64,000 nt of DNA from the human T2T-CHM13v2.0 reference genome, Homo sapiens. The translations under genes and the position numbers were made by a program. The stretch lies in the NCBI RefSeq assembly GCF_009914755.1, contig NC_060929.1. One strand, given 5' to 3'. Below the pieces are notes generated by a model. It made no database searches, was not told where the DNA came from, and saw nothing but the letters and a program-made list of their open reading frames with translations. Shown in pieces: positions 56,901-64,000 of the stretch (positions are counted from its first letter, which is position 1; each line of letters begins with the position of its first letter).

Positions 56901-59900
56901 GAGGATATTTCCTTTTCTACCACGGGCATCCAAGCGTTCCAATTCTCCAATTGTAGATTGCACAAACAGAGTGTTTCAAAACTGCTCCATGAGAAGGAAG
57001 ATTCAAATTTGGGAGTACAATGCACACATCACCAAGAAGTTTCTGAGAATGCTTCTGTCTAGTTTATATGTGAAGATATTCCCATTTCCAGCAAAGGTCT
57101 CAAAGGGGTCCAAATATCCACTTGCGGATCCCACAAACAGAGTGTTTCAAAACTGCTCTACGGAAAGGTGTGTTCAACTCTGTGAGTTTACTGCAAACAA
57201 CCTAAAGAAGTTTCTGGGAATGCTGCTGTCTAGTTTAATGTGAATATATTTTCTTTTCCGCCATAGCCCTCAAGGAGCTCCAAATATCCACTTTCAGATT
57301 CTAAAGAGTGTTTCAAAACTGCTCTATCCAAAAAAAGTTTCAACTCGGTGAGTCGAATGCACATATCACAAAGCAGTTTCTGAGAATGCTTTCGTCTATC
57401 TTTCCCAGGAAGATATTTCCTTTTGGACCGTAGGCCTCAAATCGCTCCAGATATCCACATGCAGATTCTACAAAAAGAGTGTTTCCAAACTGCCCTATCA
57501 AAAGGAAGGTTCAACTCTGGTAGTTGAAGGCAAACATCACAAAGAAGTTTCTCAGAATGCTTCTGTCTTGTTGTCATAGGCAGATATTTCTTTTTCTACC
57601 ATAGGCCTCAAAGCGCTCCAAATATCCACTTGCAGATTCTCCAAAAACAGTGTTTCAAAACTGCTCCATAAAAAGGTATGTTCAACTCTGTGAGTTTACT
57701 GCAAATATCCTAAAGAAGTTTCTGGGAATGCTGCTGTCTAGTTTAATGTGAATATATTTTCTTTTCCGCCATAGCCCTCAAAGAGCTCCAAATATCCACT
57801 TTCAGATTCTACAGAGTGTTTCAAAACTGCTCTATCCAAGAAAAGTTTCAACTCGGTGAGTCGAATGCACATATCACAAAGCAGTTTCTGAGAATGCTTT
57901 CGTCTATTTTTCCCAGGAAGATATTTCCTTTCGGACCGTAGGCCTCAAATCGCTCCAGATATCCACATGCAGATTCTACAAAGAGAGTGTTTCCAAACTG
58001 CCCTATCAAAAGGAAGGTTCAACTCTGGTAGTTGAATGCAAACATCACAAAGAAGTTTCTCAGAATGCTTCTGTCTAGTTGTCATAGGCAGATATTTCTT
58101 TTACTACCATAGGCCTCAAAGCGCTCCAAATATCCACTTGCAAATCCTCAGAAAACAGTGTTTCAAAACTGCTCCATAAAAAGGAAGGTTCAACTCTGTG
58201 AGTTGAATGGACAGACCACAAAGAAGTTTCTGAGAATGCTTCTGTCTAGTGTTTATGTGAAGATATTCCCGTTTCCGATGAAGGCCTCAAAGCAGTCCAA
58301 ATATCCACTTGCAGATTCTACAAAAATAGTGCTTCAAAACTACTCTATGGAAAGGTATGTTCAACACTGTGAGATGAATGCAAACGTCACAAAGAAGTTG
58401 CTGAGAATGCTTCAGTCTACTTTCTATGGGAAGACATTTCCTTTTGCACCACAGCCCCCAAAGCACTCCAAATGTCTACTTGCAGATTCGATAAAGGAGT
58501 TTTACAAAACTGCTCTATCAAAAGAAAGGTTCAACGCTGTGACTTGAATCCACATATCACGAAAAAGTTTCTGAGAATGCCTCTGTCTACTTTTTATGTG
58601 AAGATATTCCGGTTTCCAACGAAGGCCTCAAAGCGCTCCAAATATCTACTTGCAGATTCTAGAAAAAGAGTGTTTCAAAACTGCTATATTAAAGGAAGGT
58701 TCAACTCTGTGAGTTGAATTCACACATCACAAAGAACTTTCTGACAATGCTTCTATCTAGTTTTTATGTGAAGATTTTACTGTTTCCCATGAAGGCCTCA
58801 GAGTGGTCCGAATATCCACTTGCAGATTCTACAAAAAGAGGTTTTCAAAACTGCTCTATGCAGAGGTATGTTCAAGTCTGTGAGTTGAATGCAAACATCA
58901 CGAAGCAGTTTCTGAGAATGCTTCTGTCTAGTTTTTAGGGGCAGATATTTCCGTTGGCACAATAGCCCTCAAAGCGCTCTAAATATCCACTGGCAGATTC
59001 TAGCAAAAGAGTGTTTCAAAACTGCTCTGTGAAAAGAAAGGTTCAACTGTGTTAGTTGAATGCCCACATCACAAAGAAGATTCTGAGAATATTTCTGTCT
59101 AGTTTTTATTAGAAAATATTCCCGTTTCCACCAAAGGACACAAAGCTAAGCCAACTATCCGCTTGCAGATCTTACAAAAACACGTTTCAAAACTGCTCTA
59201 TCAAAGGAAAGGTTCATCTCTCTGGGTTCAACGCACACATCACAAAGAAGTTTCTGAGAATGCTTCTGGCTAGTTCGTGTGTGAAGATATTCCCATTTCC
59301 AACAAAGGCTTCAAAGCCCTCCAAATATTCACCTGCAATTGTTCAAAAGAGTGTTTCAAAACTGTTCTATCAAAAGGAAGGTTCAACTCTGTGAGTTGAA
59401 CGCACGCTTCACATAAATGGTTCTGAGAATGCTTCTTTCTAGTTTTTATGTGAAGATATTTCCTTCTCCACCATAGCCTTCAAAGCGCTCCAAGTGTCCG
59501 CTGGCAGATTCCACAGAAACAGTGTTTCAAAACTGCTCTAACAAAAGAAAGATTCAACTCCGTGATTTGAATGCACACATCACAAAGCATTTTCTGTGAA
59601 TCCTTCTGTCTAGTTTTTATATGAGGATATTTCCTTTTCTACCACGGGCATCCAAGCGTTCCAATTCTCCAATTGTATATTGCACAAACAGAGTGTTTCA
59701 AAACTGTTCCATGAGAAGGAAGATTCAAATTTGGGAGTACAATGCACACATCACCAAGAAGTTTCTGAGAATGCTTCTGTCTAGTTTATATGTGAAGATA
59801 TTCCCGTTTCCAGCAAAGGTCTCACAGCGGTCCAAATATCCACTTGCGGATCCCACAAACAGAGTGTTTCAAAACTGCTCTACGGAAAGGTATGTTCAAC

Positions 59901-62900
59901 TCTGTGAGTTTACTGCAAACATCCTAAAGAAGTTTCTGGGAATGCTGCTGTCTAGTTTAATGTGAATATATTTTCTTTTCCGCCATAGCCCTCAAAGAGC
60001 TCCAAATATACACTTGCAAATTCTACAGAGTGTTTCAAAACTGCTCTATCCAAAAAAAGTTTCAAATCGGTGAGTCGAATGCACATATCAAAAAGCAGTT
60101 TCTGAGAATGCTTTCGTCTATTTTTCCCAGGAAGATATTTCCTTTTGGACCGTAGGCCTCAAATCGCTCCAGATATCCACATGCAGATTCTACAAAAAGA
60201 GTGTTTCCAAACTGCCCTATCAAAAGGAAGGTTCAACTCTGGTAGTTGAATGCAAACATCACAAAGAAGTTTCTCAGAATGCTTCTGTCTAGTTGTCATA
60301 GGCAGATATTTCTTTTTCTACAATAGGCCTCAAAGCGCTCCAAATATCCACTTGCAGATCCTCCGAAAACAGTGTTTCAAAACTGCTCCATAAAAAGGAA
60401 GGTTCAACTCTGTGAGTTGAATGGACAGACCACAAAGAAGTTTCTGAGAATGCTTCTGTCTAGTGTTTATGTGAAGATATTCCCGTTTCCGATGAAGGCC
60501 TCAAAGCAGTCCAAATATCCACTTGCAGATTCTACAAAAATAGTGCTTCAAAACTACTCTATGGAAAGGTATGTTCAACACTGTGAGATGAATGCAAACG
60601 TCACAAAGAAGTTGCTGAGAATGCTTCAGTCTAGTTTCTATGGGAAGACATTTCCTTTTGCACCACAGCCTCCAAAGCACTCCAAATGTCTACTTGCAGA
60701 TTCGATAAAAGAGTTTTACAAAACTGCTCTATCAAAAGAAAGGTTCAACGCTGTGAGTTGAATCCACATATCACGAAAAAGTTTCTGAGAATGCCTCTAT
60801 CTACTTTTTATGTGAAGATATTCCGGTTTCCAACGAAGGCTTCAAAGCGCTCCAAATATCTACTTGCAGATTCTAGAAAAAGAGTGTTTCAAAACTGCTC
60901 TATTAAAGGAAGGTTCAACTCTGTGAGTTGAATTCACACATCACAAAGAACTTTCTGACAATGCTTTTATCTATTTTTTATGTGAAGATATTACTGTTTC
61001 CTATGAAGGCCTCAGAGTGTTCCGAATATCCACTTGCAGATTCTACAAAAAGAGGTTTCCAAAAGTGCTCTATGCAGAGGTATGTTCAACCCTGTGAGTT
61101 GAATGCAAACATCACGAAGCAGTTTCTGAGAATGCTTCTGTCTAGTTTTTAGGGGCAGATATTTCCGTTGGCACAATAGCCCTCAAAGCGCTCCAAATAT
61201 CCACTGGCAGATTCTACCAAAAGGGTGTTTCAAAACTGCTCTGTGAAAAGTAAGGTTCAACTGTGTTAGTTGAATGCCCACATCACGAAGAAGATTCTGA
61301 GAATATTTCTGTCTAGTTTTTATTAGAAGATATTCCCGTTTCCACCAAAGGACACACAGCGAAGCCAACTATCCGCTTGCAGATCTTACAAAAACACGTT
61401 TCAAAACTGCTCTATCAAAGGAAAGGTTCATCTCTCTGGGTTCAACGCACACATCACAAAGAAGTTTCTGAGAATGCTTCTGGCTAGTTTGTGTGTGAAG
61501 ATATTCCCATTTCCAACAAAGGCTTCAAAGCCCTCCAAATATTCACCTGCAATTGTTCAAAAGAGTGTTTCAAACCTGTTCTATCAAAAGGAAGGTTCAA
61601 CTCTGTGAGTTGAACGCACGCTTCACATAAATGTTTCTGAGAATGCTTCTTTCTAGTTTTTATGTGAAGATATTTCCTTCTCCACCATAGCCCTCAAAGC
61701 GCTCCAAGTGTCCGCTGGCAGATTCCACAGAAACAGTGTTTCAAAACTGCTCTAACAAAAGAAAGATTCAACTCCGTGATTTGAATGCACACATCACAAA
61801 GCATTTTCTGTGAATCCTTCTGTCTAGTTTTTATATGAGGATATTTCCTTTTCTACCACGGGCATCCAAGCGTTCCAATTCTCCAATTGTAGATTGCACA
61901 AACAGAGTGTTTCAAAACTGCTCCATGAGAAGGAAGATTCAAATTTGGGAGTACAATGCACACATCACCAAGAAGTTTCTGAGAATGCTTCTGTCTAGTT
62001 TATATGTGAAGATATTCCCATTTCCAGCAAAGGTCTCAAAGGGGTCCAAATATCCACTTGCGGATCCCACAAACAGAGTGTTTCAAAACTGCTCTACGGA
62101 AAGGTGTGTTCAACTCTGTGAGTTTACTGCAAACAACCTAAAGAAGTTTCTGGGAATGCTGCTGTCTAGTTTAATGTGAATATATTTTCTTTTCCGCCAT
62201 AGCCCTCAAGGAGCTCCAAATATCCACTTTCAGATTCTAAAGAGTGTTTCAAAACTGCTCTATCCAAAAAAAGTTTCAACTCGGTGAGTCGAATGCACAT
62301 ATCACAAAGCAGTTTCTGAGAATGCTTTCGTCTATCTTTCCCAGGAAGATATTTCCTTTTGGACCGTAGGCCTCAAATCGCTCCAGATATCCACATGCAG
62401 ATTCTACAAAAAGAGTGTTTCCAAACTGCCCTATCAAAAGGAAGGTTCAACTCTGGTAGTTGAAGGCAAACATCACAAAGAAGTTTCTCAGAATGCTTCT
62501 GTCTTGTTGTCATAGGCAGATATTTCTTTTTCTACCATAGGCCTCAAAGCGCTCCAAATATCCACTTGCAGATTCTCCAAAAACAGTGTTTCAAAACTGC
62601 TCCATAAAAAGGTATGTTCAACTCTGTGAGTTTACTGCAAATATCCTAAAGAAGTTTCTGGGAATGCTGCTGTCTAGTTTAATGTGAATATATTTTCTTT
62701 TCCGCCATAGCCCTCAAAGAGCTCCAAATATCCACTTTCAGATTCTACAGAGTGTTTCAAAACTGCTCTATCCAAGAAAAGTTTCAACTCGGTGAGTCGA
62801 ATGCACATATCACAAAGCAGTTTCTGAGAATGCTTTCGTCTATTTTTCCCAGGAAGATATTTCCTTTCGGACCGTAGGCCTCAAATCGCTCCAGATATCC

Positions 62901-64000
62901 ACATGCAGATTCTACAAAGAGAGTGTTTCCAAACTGCCCTATCAAAAGGAAGGTTCAACTCTGGTAGTTGAATGCAAACATCACAAAGAAGTTTCTCAGA
63001 ATGCTTCTGTCTAGTTGTCATAGGCAGATATTTCTTTTACTACCATAGGCCTCAAAGCGCTCCAAATATCCACTTGCAAATCCTCAGAAAACAGTGTTTC
63101 AAAACTGCTCCATAAAAAGGAAGGTTCAACTCTGTGAGTTGAATGGACAGACCACAAAGAAGTTTCTGAGAATGCTTCTGTCTAGTGTTTATGTGAAGAT
63201 ATTCCCGTTTCCGATGAAGGCCTCAAAGCAGTCCAAATATCCACTTGCAGATTCTACAAAAATAGTGCTTCAAAACTACTCTATGGAAAGGTATGTTCAA
63301 CACTGTGAGATGAATGCAAACGTCACAAAGAAGTTGCTGAGAATGCTTCAGTCTACTTTCTATGGGAAGACATTTCCTTTTGCACCACAGCCCCCAAAGC
63401 ACTCCAAATGTCTACTTGCAGATTCGATAAAGGAGTTTTACAAAACTGCTCTATCAAAAGAAAGGTTCAACGCTGTGACTTGAATCCACATATCACGAAA
63501 AAGTTTCTGAGAATGCCTCTGTCTACTTTTTATGTGAAGATATTCCGGTTTCCAACGAAGGCCTCAAAGCGCTCCAAATATCTACTTGCAGATTCTAGAA
63601 AAAGAGTGTTTCAAAACTGCTATATTAAAGGAAGGTTCAACTCTGTGAGTTGAATTCACACATCACAAAGAACTTTCTGACAATGCTTCTATCTAGTTTT
63701 TATGTGAAGATTTTACTGTTTCCCATGAAGGCCTCAGAGTGGTCCGAATATCCACTTGCAGATTCTACAAAAAGAGGTTTTCAAAACTGCTCTATGCAGA
63801 GGTATGTTCAAGTCTGTGAGTTGAATGCAAACATCACGAAGCAGTTTCTGAGAATGCTTCTGTCTAGTTTTTAGGGGCAGATATTTCCGTTGGCACAATA
63901 GCCCTCAAAGCGCTCTAAATATCCACTGGCAGATTCTAGCAAAAGAGTGTTTCAAAACTGCTCTGTGAAAAGAAAGGTTCAACTGTGTTAGTTGAATGCC
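53946..64000 (-). repeat. Alpha-satellite 29-mer super-HOR (13-mer + 16-mer variant), 4936-bp unit, 2 full copies plus start of a third
   Basis: ORF pairs 54685/59621, 55436/60372, 56899/61835 and 58158/63094 are all 4936 apart, with alternating 2722 and 2214 spacing. The private variant ctctaaatatccactggcagattctagc occurs at 54041, 58977 and 63913. Confidence 0.95.

Noticed and set aside
7400-63874. Dozens of repeated 60-218 aa ORFs (e.g. ...KKFLRMLLSSFYVKIFPFP..ASK.SKYPLADSTKRVFQNCSIKRKVQLCELNAHIT...) resembling a tandem repeat-protein family
   Set aside because: 171 bp is a multiple of 3, so stop-poor alphoid frames give 57-aa pseudo-repeats. Stops and frameshifts fall at random among copies, many starts are TTG/GTG, and there is no gene structure.
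26264-64000. Regularly spaced conserved motifs with variable intervening sequence, superficially CRISPR-like
   Set aside because: The intervening segments are homologous alphoid sequence, not unique spacers. There are no cas genes and the context is eukaryotic satellite.

Overview
Primate (most likely human) pericentromeric DNA at the edge of an alpha-satellite array. It has no host protein-coding genes, RNA genes or CRISPR arrays. From left to right: (i) divergent ~171-bp alpha-satellite monomers (1-1050, 7081-~10900); (ii) a full-length, ~6.03-kb, inactivated L1PA3/L1PA2-like LINE-1 (1051-7080, + strand, 14-bp TSD) that interrupts them; (iii) rearranged, older variants of a 13-monomer higher-order repeat (HOR) (~10900-13965); (iv) three near-identical copies of a 4089-bp 24-mer (11+13 monomers; ~13965-26263); (v) ~12.5 homogeneous copies of a 2214-bp 13-mer HOR (~26264-53945); (vi) a 4936-bp 29-mer (13+16 monomers) repeated at least twice and running off the window end. 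The irregular A/B-box monomer order points to suprachromosomal family 5 (R1/R2). The 2214-bp period resembles the chr5/chr19 13-mer as I recall it (not verified). I found no intact CENP-B box by eye. All non-L1 ORFs in the track are satellite translation artefacts. I found no new gene system. The interesting signal is structural: readable HOR birth and rearrangement breakpoints, a hidden ancient periodicity containing the L1 empty site, and systematic decay of CENP-B boxes. All comparisons were done by eye, so SNV lists may be incomplete.
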